A DNA stretch of 59,099 bases, filler included, from Diploschistes diacapsis (Eukaryota), in assembly GCA_023645945.1 (NCBI GenBank). It is 4 parts of 4 records of this genome, joined end to end, with 100 filler letters (N's around TTAATTAATTAA, not from the genome) between each part and the next. Parts side by side here need not be neighbours in the genome. Positions count along the whole stretch, not along the records: positions 29,616 to 44,311 come from JALAIB010000590.1; positions 44,412 to 59,099 come from JALAIB010000591.1; 2 more parts are not named here. One strand, given 5' to 3'. Numbering within the stretch: position 1 is the first letter of the stretch; every line of letters begins with the position of its first letter. The notes below the pieces were generated by a model, which made no database searches, was not told the DNA's origin, and worked only from the letters and a program-made list of their open reading frames with translations. The translations under genes and the position numbers were made by a program. Shown here piece after piece: positions 38,489-51,206 of this stretch.

Positions 38489-39916
38489 GCTTGCTTTTGA
38501 GAAGTAATATCTTGGGGAAGCACTGCATCGCGAACGGAGTCTGGGTATAACCAACCCATTAGCAGGGGATGGGACTGGGACGATTTCTCTGAGTATTTGA
38601 TATGTGCCCTAACTGACGAGGATCGGAGCTGTGGTTATTCTAATCGTCTTGCATAGCAGGGGCTTGCGAGTTATAATCTTTGGCTAGATATTCAATGCTG
38701 TATATATCATGAGTACTCCGTACATTGTACTTCTATAATTCTCAATCGTAGGCTGTAAAGTATACCTGATATCGTTCCTCAATGATAGGAATTGTCTACC
38801 AACCCGGTTTTGTGCAACGTCGAGACCGTAGCCTTTCCTGATGGTGGGACAAACCAGCAAGTACGGAAGGTTTGTAACGGTGGCCACGACATTCTGATTT
38901 GAAGCTGCAGCAAGTGGAAAGTAAAATCTCCTATTTCTTCTCTCCAACCACTGTATTCCTGTATTCTCGATCACGACATCCAAACAATCGGGATCCCAAA
39001 CGAGGCTCAAATCTTTGAAAACACTTTAGATGCATGTTGTTCAACAATCAAACAAGGCGACAGCCACTTCAACAACATCCACCATTCGCCTCTTATGGTT
39101 GTTTGTCCGTGCGAACTTTATGGCGGTTTGTGGCAGGCTCACCATGAGCCTATCGTGGCCTCGCTCCAGTCAAGAGACTTTGTTTCCATCTCAGTGTACA
39201 GATCTCATTATACCATCCATTCTCTAATGTCTGCACACGTGGGTTTTGATCTCTGTAACGTGCATCTCCTTTGTCTCCTCTCAAAAACTCGTGAAACTTC
39301 AATGGATAGGTAGTGGACGAAGGGTAACAACGTTTGGAAGTAATAAATCTGCTGCAAGAATAATATAGAGCATTTTTTTTTTCTTGGAAGGACTTTTATC
39401 TACTCTGCAAATTCTGTTTCATGCCATGGCTACAGTGGAACCACACCGACGTCCGCTGTACCGTCCTGCAGCTTTTGACAGATGCTTATATCATAGCCTC
39501 GCTCGGCAATGCATCCAATTGAGGCAATTCCATTAAGGAGGGTTTCAAGCCAGCATGGGCTTGTCACCAATGGCCTGGCAAACATCGTGAGGATTCCTTG
39601 GATGTTGTCTGTGGGTACAATCTGCACACTCCTTATGACGCCCGATGCTCGGGCAAGCAACATGGTTGAGGCTTGATTCCAGCTTCTTTGTGACCTTCAG
39701 CTTAAGTTGGAGACTCTCATGCTGTTCTTCACAATGTCGCTTCCCTCATCGAACTCTGTCACGCGGTCCTGCTTTCCTTACTTTTCAGCATTCGTCAAAG
39801 ACGTGGACACATCATCACTAAAGTGGTAAGCCCCAGAAGCTCGTTCCGCTTGCTCTTCAGACAGCTCATAGCGGAGATAGGGACGCTCCGTTATCAACGT
39901 AGCAATCCAGAGAGCA

Positions 39917-40174
39917 ATGTGTTGCTATGACAAGACGATCTTTGCGTGTGAGCACAGCGAAATCAAGTATCGACACGGATGCTGGGGTACTTATGAGCAG
40001 ATGATGCGCATCTGCGACCCTGCTGAGACTGGTATCCCCTTCGACTGGTCAAGGGACTGTTGCCCAAACGGCTCAAATACGGAAGAAAGGCTGGTAGACT
40101 CGTACTGCCTGAAATGCGACAAAAAGAAACAAAATAGACAACGCGACCCTATCCGAACAACTCAAGGAAACTAG
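39917..40174 (+). CDS. Small Cys-rich orphan protein (MC-x8-CEH...CxxC)
   Basis: 85-aa ORF starting with ATG. A canonical intron (39826-39880) lies in its leader. Cys pattern is shared with 41460-42635. Confidence 0.55.
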   Translation: MCCYDKTIFACEHSEIKYRHGCWGTYEQMMRICDPAETGIPFDWSRDCCPNGSNTEERLVDSYCLKCDKKKQNRQRDPIRTTQGN

Positions 40175-41459
40175 CCTCTACCCTAGAGAAGCCTCATTCA
40201 AGGGTTAGAGAAGGCTTGACCAGAAGACATAATATACCACCTTCCTTGACCTTACGATTCGAGGCAATCCAGCAAATACAGAGGCTTGAATCCACTTCAG
40301 GCGTTCATGTACAATACTGCATTTGGTATTTAGATCTGGCTAGCTTCAGAAGAAACTAGAAAGGCGTGACTTAACTAATTGTTTTCAGAACCACTTATGA
40401 GTCTCGTAGAAGATACTCTACCTGACATCTGGTCCAATACCTTGAGCTCAAGACACTGTGCATCAAACACCAAGCGCAGCAAGTGCACTCCATCGTTACT
40501 CGGCCTCGTGAGTTCTTCCATTTTGCACGGTTCATCGTGGCAGTTCGTTTAGAATGTCACTTACTCTATATCCTTTACATAACTGTGAATGTCTTTGTTT
40601 TCCTATGCAACAAAGCTGTGTTTTGAATACCATTGTAATTTGCATGCTCATAGTCCTTTGACATTTTGAACATGGATGCTCCACACTTTCACATCAGACA
40701 CTGATTCTCGTCCTTGACTACCATCTCTCCTTCTCTACCCGAAAGAGGTTCACATCTCGCATACATGTGTGTATTGATGCACAGTTTTTGCTGATTCATA
40801 ATACAGTAGCTAGATGGAGCTACATGTCTAATATCGCTATGCCCTTTACTACACCTCATACGCACAACCGCGACAGCCCAAATATTTATTTACAAGTGAA
40901 CTCCCATAAAGGTACCATAAATCAGACCTAACAGTCGCGATTCACGGATGGAGTGGTACCCAGGTAGCCCTGTTACCCCAAATGTTTTTCTGTATCAACA
41001 TCAAAATGTCTTAAAAGTCTACCTTGGATACCTGTTGGATTCAATAGTTGAGAACAGCTCAACGTCTGGAGCTTTCGTCACTGCATTGACAATCATCAAT
41101 TACGTGCTTGTTTTCCAGCTGGTGCGATTTGTGAGTTTGCTCGAGAAGAATGACACTGTTCGGCCATTCACTTCTTTGTCATGGAATACTTCTAGACAAA
41201 GTCAGCGAATACAGCCAGCTGTACTACCTCCCTACTTATATTTCTTCTATTTCATCTCTTCTACCATCTTTATCCTTTCTCCCGTTAACCTCTTGCAATA
41301 ACAGGAGGTCTACTTTCGTTACCGTTATCTACACTAGCCTGCAGTATCATCAGTTTGCCAGCTAGAACACTTGCTCCTTCTCACGCCCATAGACTGGGTT
41401 CCTAAGAGCAGAGTATCCAGCAAGATCCAGTATCTGCTTTGAAAGGCTGCCGTGCGAAG

Positions 41460-42635
41460 ATGTGTATACACACCACACATCTTCTATTTACTTGCGGACA
41501 CCATCTCGACTTGCCGACGACAGGGAAAAACCACGTCCCACCAATTTACTGTGACCGAGTCAAGAGCGAATTGGACTGGTATCATACTCAACCAGACCGC
41601 AAACCGGAACCGATTCCTTATCCGCCGCCTCGTCCATGCCCTCTTGTTTGGGGATCGCAGCCATTCTCCGGTAATACCCAGGTCGTGGCACAAAAGCACC
41701 CTTGTGCGGTGTGTGTAGCCCTCCATGGACTTGCCGGTATCAACGCCATTGAGGCACAAATAGCAAAGCAAGAACCACAGCCTCCTAAGCGTAAGAAGAA
41801 GGGAAGCAAAGGGAAGAAGGTCGACAAGAAATGGATCTGGGTGTCGGTTAAAGGTGATGGATGGACGGGGCTGCAGAAAGTCCCTGCTAACGCCTCAAGT
41901 GCACGGAAGCCTGCGGATGCTACACTCACTAGGGCGGAGATAAGCACGGTAACAGACTACGAAGCTAGATTGTCTCCTTATCAAGTCACGTTGGACCCAT
42001 ACTCCTCTCCTTCAGAAGCGGCCGCTACTTTACCCGCAGCTATTCGGCCCTACTACGAGCCTCAAAGCGCTGCTGAGTCTTTTGCACTCATGCAAGAAGC
42101 TGGGAGACGCGGGATGGACATGTACATGAACTATCCCGACAGCCGCCTTCAAATGCCACAGGGAACGGTTACAGAGGCAAACATATTGGGAGCCGTACCA
42201 GCATATGCCATTCAGCCAGTACCCGTGCCTTATCAAGGAGAAATCCAGCTCTGGGCGTACCAAGGCCACAATCCCGAAATATTCAACCCTGCGTTCCAAG
42301 CCGATGGCAGCCAACAAACCGGTCCGAATTTTCTACCAGACGGCACGGTTGAGCTACCTGATGAGGCGGAGATGTACGGAGAAGCGGCAGCACAACATAC
42401 TGTCGGGGCTACTACACCTAGTGATCAATCGGACACGTACGACGATACCTTGATCAATCGCAAGCAAAGTCCGCGTCAGCACATTCAGCAGTCAATTGTC
42501 CCACAAGGCCAGACTCGAGAATCTGGCAACCCACAGGAGGAACATAGACGCTGTTCAATCGAATCTAAAGATGGAGTGGTGCGTTCAACAAGCCCTCTTG
42601 TTCTGCACCCTCGACCTCACAGTTCGATGCAATGA
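41460..42635 (+). CDS. Orphan protein with N-terminal MC-x9-CGH...CxxC module, basic patch and low-complexity tail
   Basis: Long uninterrupted ORF. MCIHTTHLLFTCGH..YC..PCP..PCAVC followed by KRKKKGSKGKK. Confidence 0.65.
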   Translation: MCIHTTHLLFTCGHHLDLPTTGKNHVPPIYCDRVKSELDWYHTQPDRKPEPIPYPPPRPCPLVWGSQPFSGNTQVVAQKHPCAVCVALHGLAGINAIEAQIAKQEPQPPKRKKKGSKGKKVDKKWIWVSVKGDGWTGLQKVPANASSARKPADATLTRAEISTVTDYEARLSPYQVTLDPYSSPSEAAATLPAAIRPYYEPQSAAESFALMQEAGRRGMDMYMNYPDSRLQMPQGTVTEANILGAVPAYAIQPVPVPYQGEIQLWAYQGHNPEIFNPAFQADGSQQTGPNFLPDGTVELPDEAEMYGEAAAQHTVGATTPSDQSDTYDDTLINRKQSPRQHIQQSIVPQGQTRESGNPQEEHRRCSIESKDGVVRSTSPLVLHPRPHSSMQ

Positions 42636-44037
42636 AAGCATTCCACTACAACCTAAGGGTAAAGATGAGAGTGGGTGGCGGAGACTAGATTGATAATGGT
42701 TACGGAGTTGGGAGTGTCAGGTTTTGGAATACAATTTCGGGATACCCCATAGATTTCGCTTCTGAGTGTGACTTCTGATAGTAAGAATATGCGTGGCAGT
42801 AGGTCCAAGTGGCGGGACTTGAAAAACTGAGGGCGATTATACCCAAGGGCCTGGAGTTGATACGATTCATTATGTCGACTTCGGTTTTCTAGCGCCATCT
42901 CAGAAACTCTCCCACACCTGGAAGGGATAGTACTGCTAATAGGGTGTCATCACCTCGAAAGTATGCATACTTATCTTCTTTTCTTGCGAGAGATCCAAAC
43001 TTTCTTCACTTTCTTAACGATGCTTGCAAGCCGCTGCTTGCTCTTGGCTGAATGCTCTTTCCTTGCCTTTTCTGGATTACTGATCTCTGATTTCATCCTA
43101 GAGCATCTGATACCTCCTGGAATCTGGCATTCATATTCTTGGCGCTCTTCTTCTGGGCCTCCCTTTTTTCTCGTCATCCGTGATGTGGCCCTCCATTTTC
43201 TAAACGATCGGATGTCTGGGGTACACTGGATCAATTGTAATTCAGAATCTCACCTCATCAACGCCGGTATCGACTGTCCTCGGAGAACAGAAAATCAAAC
43301 AGGCGATTTCAACGCTCGAGAGCTTTATTGTCATCATCGGCGCTCCCAGAACGAAGCGCCAAGTATCATCATCTTTTAAGGGGGACGGACCAGCGTTTCG
43401 TATGCAGCACGCCTGCTTTTTACATGCGCATACGCTTGCTAGCAATTTATTTTGGGCATAGTAGTTTTGCTTGCAGTCTTGGATACTGTTTTGTTTGGCG
43501 CATGGTAGCAAGCGAGCGTGTTTCCTTTAGATGGCCTTCTGTACCGGCTTTTTTCATATCACAGGATCTCTACACAAGCATATTGAACTGTACCACCAAT
43601 TAATTGACATCATAGCCTGCATGTTATGGACTCTTATCTCTGTTAGAGAGCACGAGTCGTATAGAGAGACACAGGAGGTATGGGTAAATGGGTTAGTGGG
43701 AGGCTGGAGGCTGCGTTTCGATGTTCTAGATAGAACTATGTATTCTTGTTAACTATGATGGTCTGTCTAGGAGATGTATGTATGCTTATAAAGAGTCAAC
43801 CGAACTGTGTTGATCCAAATTCTTATCGAAAATTTTGTGTAACATTGGTGTTACTGATGCTAACCTTTATAGTATCATCGAATCGTCGCCAAAGGAGCAA
43901 AAAGTATACAACAGCTCAAAGAGGGTATATGTCCTTCCGAAACGCCCTCCCCCCCCCCTGCGCCTTGCTTGACTGAGGAGCCATAGATATGCTTTGGCTT
44001 TCCTTGCATCACTTCAATTGTTTCAAACCCATTTCAC

Positions 44038-44311
44038 TCACTTTCTCGCGCTCTCATCCGCTGTAAGCTTCGCGCCACCATCTTCATCCTCGTCCTCCCC
44101 TTCCTCCGCCTCTTCCTCCTCATCGAGATCAAACACCGGGAACGTCAATATCGCTGCAACCCCTCCCAGTCCATCCAACCTCCTTCCGCTCTCGTGCTCG
44201 CTACTCAGCACCTTCATCTCCCCACCCTCCACATCCTTCACCCTATCCACCAACCTCACCCATCTTCTCCTAACCGCTACATCCTGCGCCCGAAACAACG
44301 CATTCGAGATC
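44038..44311 (-). CDS. DOM34: Pelota/Dom34 ribosome-rescue factor, C-terminal fragment (5' part lost at contig end)
   Basis: LFRAQDVAVRRRWVRLVDRVK..VLSSEHESGRRLDGLGGVAAILTFP plus an acidic tail (eRF1_3 domain). Confidence 0.88.
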
Positions 44312-44411
44312 NNNNNNNNNNNNNNNNNNNNNNNNNNNNNNNNNNNNNNNNNNNNTTAATTAATTAANNNNNNNNNNNNNNNNNNNNNNNNNNNNNNNNN
44401 NNNNNNNNNNN
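44312..44411. other. Artificial contig linker
   Basis: N44-TTAATTAATTAA-N44. Confidence 0.98.
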
Positions 44412-45019
44412 GTCGGAGATGGTCAGGGGGTGGGGGATATGGAGGGAGTTGCAGGGACCCCGGAAGGTTTTTTGGAAGGGGCAAGAAATGTTTTATTAGT
44501 GGGCCGATGAGGTTGGAGACGGGCTCAAGCTGGGTAAGACCTGATTACATAATTCGGGACTTCTCTGTAGCTGTTACCACTACTTATCCGATAGAATGCA
44601 ACTAGCTAGCAACAATTGGTGTAGGTCGCTATTTCTAAGGGCAAGTACCTCTGCATGGGAGAAAACATGGGAAAGGTACTTCTTCTGCCTGGTTGGGCTA
44701 AGTACAGCGCTGAGTTTTAGCGGGCTGCATTGCTTCGGATACGCGGTGTATCTACAACGAGATTAAGGAAGTGTAAGCCATACAAAAAACGGATCATTCA
44801 GAAATCTGTTTCGCTTTTAGCTCTTCTTGGCCTACTAGTCAATATCATCTTTGCCAATTCGACCTTCTTCATACCGCAGTGACTCGGATTGCTAGAAGCG
44901 AGAGCCTTCTTCCGCCAATCAGCTCTCGATGTTCAACGAAAGCCCAAAGCATCTCGAAGCCCGATTTATACTCAGCTGCCACAAGAAATTGCTCGTGGTG
45001 ATACTGGTCTACCATTTTT

Positions 45020-48000
45020 GGGTCATTGCAATGTTAAAAGTGACCTGCTGATCCCAAGTTCCAAACACCGTAGCAGCTGGACTGGAATATCGTGCCTGGG
45101 CCCAGAGTCTGGGGCCCCAAATGCGGCAGCATCTGCCCCGGAGTAACGATCCCATTCCCACTCATTCTGTCCCGCGGTCTCCTTGCTCATCGGGTCGTTG
45201 TCAAAAGCGTTGCGTGCGGCTGTCGCCCATGCTGCACCGTTTGCTTCGGCGGTCCTCAAGTAATTGTCCATGAAATAGCATCAGAGATCTCGCAGGCCGG
45301 CCTCAGGCTGGGTATTGACTCGGTTGGGCCGCGTGATCTGGCCAGCGTCGTTCCACGGGTAGTTAGTGTCAAAACCGTGCAATGATTGGTCGATTAATTG
45401 GGATGTCTGCTGGAACTTCTGACAGATGGTGGTTTGTTTGAGGTATTGGAACACTCCGGCTGTCTGGAAGTGGGGAGGAGCTAGCATGGAGAGACCCTCC
45501 AAGTACTGTTGAATCAAAGGAGAGCCATAAATTTCACTGGAGAATCTTTATGGCTCGAAGTCCACCGGGGTCGAGCGACGATAGGACTCCAGCCACAGGA
45601 AATGCCCTTTCTGATCATTAATACCACCGTAGAGAAGTGCTAGCAGACTCAAGCCGCCACCATTTCCACCGTGATCTCTTGTTATCGCTTGGAAAAAGTT
45701 ATTAGCCCCTTCGACTCCGAAGGAATTCATGTTTGGAAAGGGTAGCCCATCAATAGATACACCAGACCAATGCGTCTGTGGCTGCTTTGTAGCCATTGGG
45801 CATCTGAGGCAGGCTCCCATAAGTCTAGTCACCGCGCAGAAATTTGAAGAAGAGAAGAATCGTCTGGGCCTCGTATATGAGATCAGCTAGGCGTATCGTT
45901 AGGGTTCTTCATGGGAATAAAGGCGTACTATATGCTTGAAGGTACATTGCACTTACTTTGCTACCAAGTAGGATCGATCTGATTCATATTGAATTTAGTA
46001 ATCTGCGTCGGGCAAACAGGTATGGACCCGCCTGGCTCATCAAAACCGTACCATTGGCAACCGACCCTAATTGAGCAGCTTCTCCACAGCTTGGGCATGG
46101 CCCAAAGCCTACACTTTTTCCAACGTTATTAATGTACCACGTTGTGATTTTGGTTGTTCTTCGGACCAACTCATTGTGAACCTGTTATATCGTTCATAGG
46201 AGTTGCGTTGTAAGTAAGGCGGATGCGAAAAAATCCCGCTTCTGAGAAATTGCGCTGCACTTTGATTCTGTGGGATCCCTAGGCTCGTAAACACATACCT
46301 CGTTGTCGCGTCTGCTGATGCTGTCCGGCGGTAAGCTAGCGTCCGAGCAGAGTGGACAAGGTTCGGGCCCTTCGCCGCCACTGTTGGTACCTCAGGACAG
46401 CTTAACTGTTTGATGTGGGGAATAACCGGTCCATAGACAGCGCCTCGCTTTCCAAGGCGTCTTCCTCCATATGATGGAGATAAGTCTCGGCGAAGGACAT
46501 GTCGCCCGGTGTCAGTATCGTTTAGCTCCGCTGAGGTTGCCCAGTTCTTATGCGTTCTAGGTCCCAACTAGAGATTGGGCAAGTCTCTGGTACGATTGGA
46601 ACAGGAGATTGCGCAAACTGATAAGTAGGGAGGGTAGCTTCCATCCGAAAAGTGACGGGCCTGTACGCTAACACATGGATTGGCTCCAGTCGTCTATACC
46701 ATAGGAGAAAGAGGACGTGGATGCAGGTGCATAAAGATTGATGTAACCATCCGTAACGAGGTTAACCGTGCAGATGTCGATAGGCATGAAATTCTGATTG
46801 AAATCAATGCCAAAGGTAACAGTTGGCTTAACATGTGCCGTGATGAAGCCATTCGCAGATATTCCATATTCCCATTCTGGGGACAGCAGTTCTTGTGTCC
46901 CATCACGGTCAGGCGCTGCAGTGGCATCAGGATTCCCGTCGTGGTTTGCATCCGGGTACGTTTGTCTTAAGTCCCATTTGGCTAAGTTGTGATTGGTCTC
47001 GAAATAGGCACCGAGTGACACCTGACCTTGTAAATTGCCGATCAACTTATAATTGGGACCAATAGTGACAATCCCGGGAACAGAAAAGGCAGCGCCGAAC
47101 CGGTCAGCCGACGCGAGAGGCACATCGCCGCTGTCAAACGTAGCAGTAGTTGCTGCATTGCTGTGAATTTGGCGGTGACCTGGCCCTTGTTTCCAAAGTA
47201 AAGATAAGAGTTGCTAAGATCTTAGGAAAGGACAATGTCGTGGTCAATGTGAACCCAAAGTTTGTATCGACCTTGACGTGTGTCTGAGCTTGGGCATTGA
47301 AATATCCTGATACCATAATCCCTTTGAGGACCAATCGGACACCGGTCCTAATGTTTCGTCCACAAGGATCAAGGTGAAGTCATCTGAATAGGCATTAGAC
47401 GCCAATGGGTCATTAGAGACGCTGTTGATAATGCCCCTTAACCACTCGATGACATCACTTCCAAACCACCTTTCATGTAGCTCTGCTCTCCTGAGGCCGC
47501 CATGTGCATCATCACGTCAAGCATCCTCAAGCCATTTCTTATCATTACCCTCAAAGCTAACCAGACTCCGCTTTCTCTTTCAAGCTGTCTTGTCAACGAC
47601 CTTGTCCAAATAGCCTGATTCATTGCTATAATCGATACGCATCTGTGTATCACCTAAACCGCGCGGAACTCTCCGAAAGTCATAGTCAAATGTTAGATCA
47701 TAGACCGTAGGAACAGACAGACCTTGCTTGATTAGATGATAAGGCAGAGACTGGTTCGTCGGCTCTCTCATGGACTGTACAACTGCGTACTTTCCTGGTT
47801 TGCACTACGCGAATATAAGCCTTTATCTAGAAACATGAATCAGCAAACCGATTTACCCCTTTAGGCATCTCAACAATCGTGCCAGAAGCACCTTGAGAAA
47901 GATGGATTTTGCCGCAATTGCTGTTCTCAGAAGAGTCTGTACAGACCATTTGGACGGTCTGCGCTTCTTCACTAACCGCGTCAAAACAACTGAAAAGTTC

Positions 48001-50567
48001 CCAGTGCGAGCCATGGCGCTTGTTTAACGATACTTGGATCTCTTCTGGTAATGCCAACACCACAAACTCAAACTCACCGTCCTTTGTAGTGGGTGTTAGT
48101 GATGATAGCCTCTAAATTAAGAGACCAGGGAACTTCGCAGGTAACTACTTACCAGGATCATCTGGAAACGGAATAGTAATGGTACCACCAAACGTAGGGT
48201 CAGCCTTGAGATCGTATTCGGTATCGATGTTGTTACCGGTGGGTGGATGTGGGAACAGGTCCTCCAGGGGTTGGTAGAAACGGAGATTTTCCGTTTGGCG
48301 GATCGCAACAAAATGGTCTCTATCTTTCTAAATGGATGCCGCAATTCTCGCCTTCTCCTTCATAGCTAGTAGTCAGAGATACTTAGTGCCCTGTATCACA
48401 AGGGTCATCAAAACAGCTCCCTGGCTCACCGTGCCAGGCGCAGTTGGTCCACTCTTCGTCCCTCAAACAGCAGAATTCCTGGCGGCCTGTCTAACATCCT
48501 TCTTCTGCCCAAGTCGAAGTATTTTCTTGGGAACTGCAAGAGCCGCCGCAATTCGTCCAACGACAATTCGACTTAGCATTGACTGCAACACAGCAATAGA
48601 ATTTAAGGCCATCCCAGCAATCCTCTCCGGGATTATCGCCCCACTTACCAGATTCAAGAGCAACTTGATCAGGATGACATTGTCCGTTGCACCAATGACC
48701 GACTGCTTGCCATTCGCATGTCTTAGGATCCCGTGCTGTTGAAAGGACAGCAAAGGGAACTCTTGTCTCCATTTTAATAACATTGCTGTGTTCTGATTTG
48801 CACCTCCCCTTCGACTTGGCTACCCAGTGACCCGAGAGCCTTTGGATATACAACACCTTGAAGTACGTCTAATTGAGCTGTGTCTGATCGAGGGACCAAA
48901 TCAAGAGGCCTACAAGTCCAAGGCTGTTGGCGAACTTGATTTTTTGTTGGAAGGATCGCGGTCATAGAATGACACCCATTTGGTCGACATACTTCACAGC
49001 ATCGACTTTGTCGTAATAACGCTCAAGGTCATAAGTGCTGATGATGTGTATTATCTCGCGGTAAGATAGAGTCCCAGAGTTGTCTGTACAGACCCCCGGA
49101 GCGGCGCCACCCTTGAATAGGCATCCTGGGTCAGAACGTGAGGGATTAGACAGCTGGAAAGAACGACCGTAAAACCCGAGGCCCAAGTGTAGCTTGCTGG
49201 GTTCCATGCCGTTTCGCCACTAGAGATCCAGAGCTGGATTGATCTCGGTCAAATTCGTATGCGCAATAATTTGGTTCCCAATTGGATCGTTTGCATCCCA
49301 GACGCCATGAAGATCGTAGCTCATGATGTTGATCCAGTCAACGTATTCAGCCGATGCTTTAAGATCGAAGTGTTTCAGATACCAGCAAGATGTCGGAGCG
49401 GTGATAGACATGAGGTACTGGGTTCCACCTGAAGGCATAGATGCCCGAGTTCCTTAAGGAAAGTGGTGTAGTTGATACCGTCATCACTAGTCCCGCCTCG
49501 ATCGCCAGCGTCAGGGTACTTCCACTCAAAGTCTACTCCGTCGAAGTCATAATTCTGAAGAAAAGAGTGGAAGTTATCGATGAACTTTGGACGGTTGCTC
49601 TGGGATGAAACGATTCTACTAAAGACAGGCTGTGTAGCCGTACCATTATCATTAAAAGTCCAGCCACCAAGCGAGACGAGTGTCTTCAATGACGGGTTCT
49701 GAGCCTTCAGCGTAGTGAGTTGCGAGAGAAGATCCGACAGTAAGTCATCCATCGGCACCACCCCAAATGTGGTGGGATCGATGTAGCCGAATGCAAAGTG
49801 TAGATGCGTGATGTTGCCCGCAGCAATATCCTGAAATCTCATGTTAATACAGTTCTTGTTGCAGTTCCACGCTTCGTAATAGCCGACGATACGGCTCTGC
49901 ACATCACCTCGGGATGAACCGGAGCCAGGCTGATCGCAGTTGCTTTGACATGTGGTATTGGCATTATTGGTTTTCGCACAGAAATCTGGAGTCATGCCAC
50001 CGAATCCGTATTTACTGCAGCAGACGTTCAGCGGACACTCTTTGCCTGGAGATGCAGAATATCGTCCGCATTCCGCATGGGCATCACAGTTGCTCTAGCA
50101 CACCCCGTTTGGCGATTGGCCATTACCACAGGAAGCAGGGCCATGGCCGCAGCATCCGCTTTGGCACAGCAGGCACCATTAGAGCAGGGTTTTGTAGCAC
50201 AGCAGGAGTAATCAGTAGTATCGGATGATTGACGTTTCGATAAAGCATAGTGTTCAGCCGGACAAGTTTCTACAATGGATCTCGTTTTTGCAAGCAAGTC
50301 CTTTGCACTAAGGACAGAATCTGGGGTTCGCATACGGACCGGGTCAAGGTCCTGCTCGAGATAGGGAGCGTGTCCTGGAGGTACAGAGACACCCGGCATA
50401 CAAAAACCTGGCCATGGTCCAAGCCATTGAAGCACAAAGAAGATTGTATACCCGCTGCTGCGAAAAGACAGATGAATCATGCTAGGCGCAATCGTGACCA
50501 AGGAACAAAAGAGAATAAGGAAGACGCAATAATCTCAAGTCCGTAGACTAAGATGTTAGGTTGACAT
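45020..50567 (-). pseudogene. GH18 subgroup-C (killer-toxin alpha/beta-like) chitinase with CBM18 modules, heavily disrupted
   Basis: Signal-peptide frame from ATG 50567 with two early stops. CBM18 motifs (CCATKPCSNGACC; CPLNVCCSKYGF), VGYYEAW, SLGGWTFND, FDGVDFEWKYP, NIMSYDLHGVWD, LGLGFYGRSF, and subgroup-C-type YDLTFDYDF..MRIDYSN. Many frameshifts and stops. The 3' boundary is approximate. Confidence 0.85.
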
Positions 50568-51206
50568 AGTCATACCGCAAATTTACCTCTGCTTCTTCGG
50601 GACATTGTATTAACTTAAACTCAGCAGCCGATTGAGACAGGTTAATTGATCTTCAAGCTTTAAAAGCAAGGGCCCTCGAAGGAGATGCCAGGTAAGGACA
50701 AGTACTTAAATGTAGGTAACCTGTTTCACGACGTCCAGATAACAAGGTTGCTCCCAAGTATAAATGAGAACTCTGATTCATCGATTACGCTGGAGAACTT
50801 CATGGTTCTAGGACTTCTTTTGAGACTTCAAAGTTGAACTTGAAGTCGTCGTCTATCAATTCGAGAGCTAGTCTCGACTAGGCCTAGCTTAGCTCTTATG
50901 AATCTGAAAGTTAAACTTTCCCGTGCCGTCGAGTGTCCCTATTCACAGATGATTTTTAGCGGCGAGTATTACAACTTGCTGCACCTGCAAGCTCTTACAT
51001 ATGCAGCATCGCCTGTCTTGTGAATGTTGAGTCGAGCACGAGGAGCAGTACTTTCTGCGGTGGTGTCTCAACACTGTATTTTATCACATGCTACGCTTTG
51101 GCTCTACGCGTCGTCGTAGCATCCATCATAGGTTCTGAGGCAAGTCTACGATTGCTCGGCTGTTTGTCCATTTGCAAATGTAGTAGACTGTCAGCATTGT
51201 TGTCTT

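Noticed and set aside
50824..50896. Short palindromes (GACTTCAA..TTGAAGTC, CTAGTC..GACTAG)
   Set aside because: Arms of 6-8 bp are compatible with chance, and there is no TSD or second copy.
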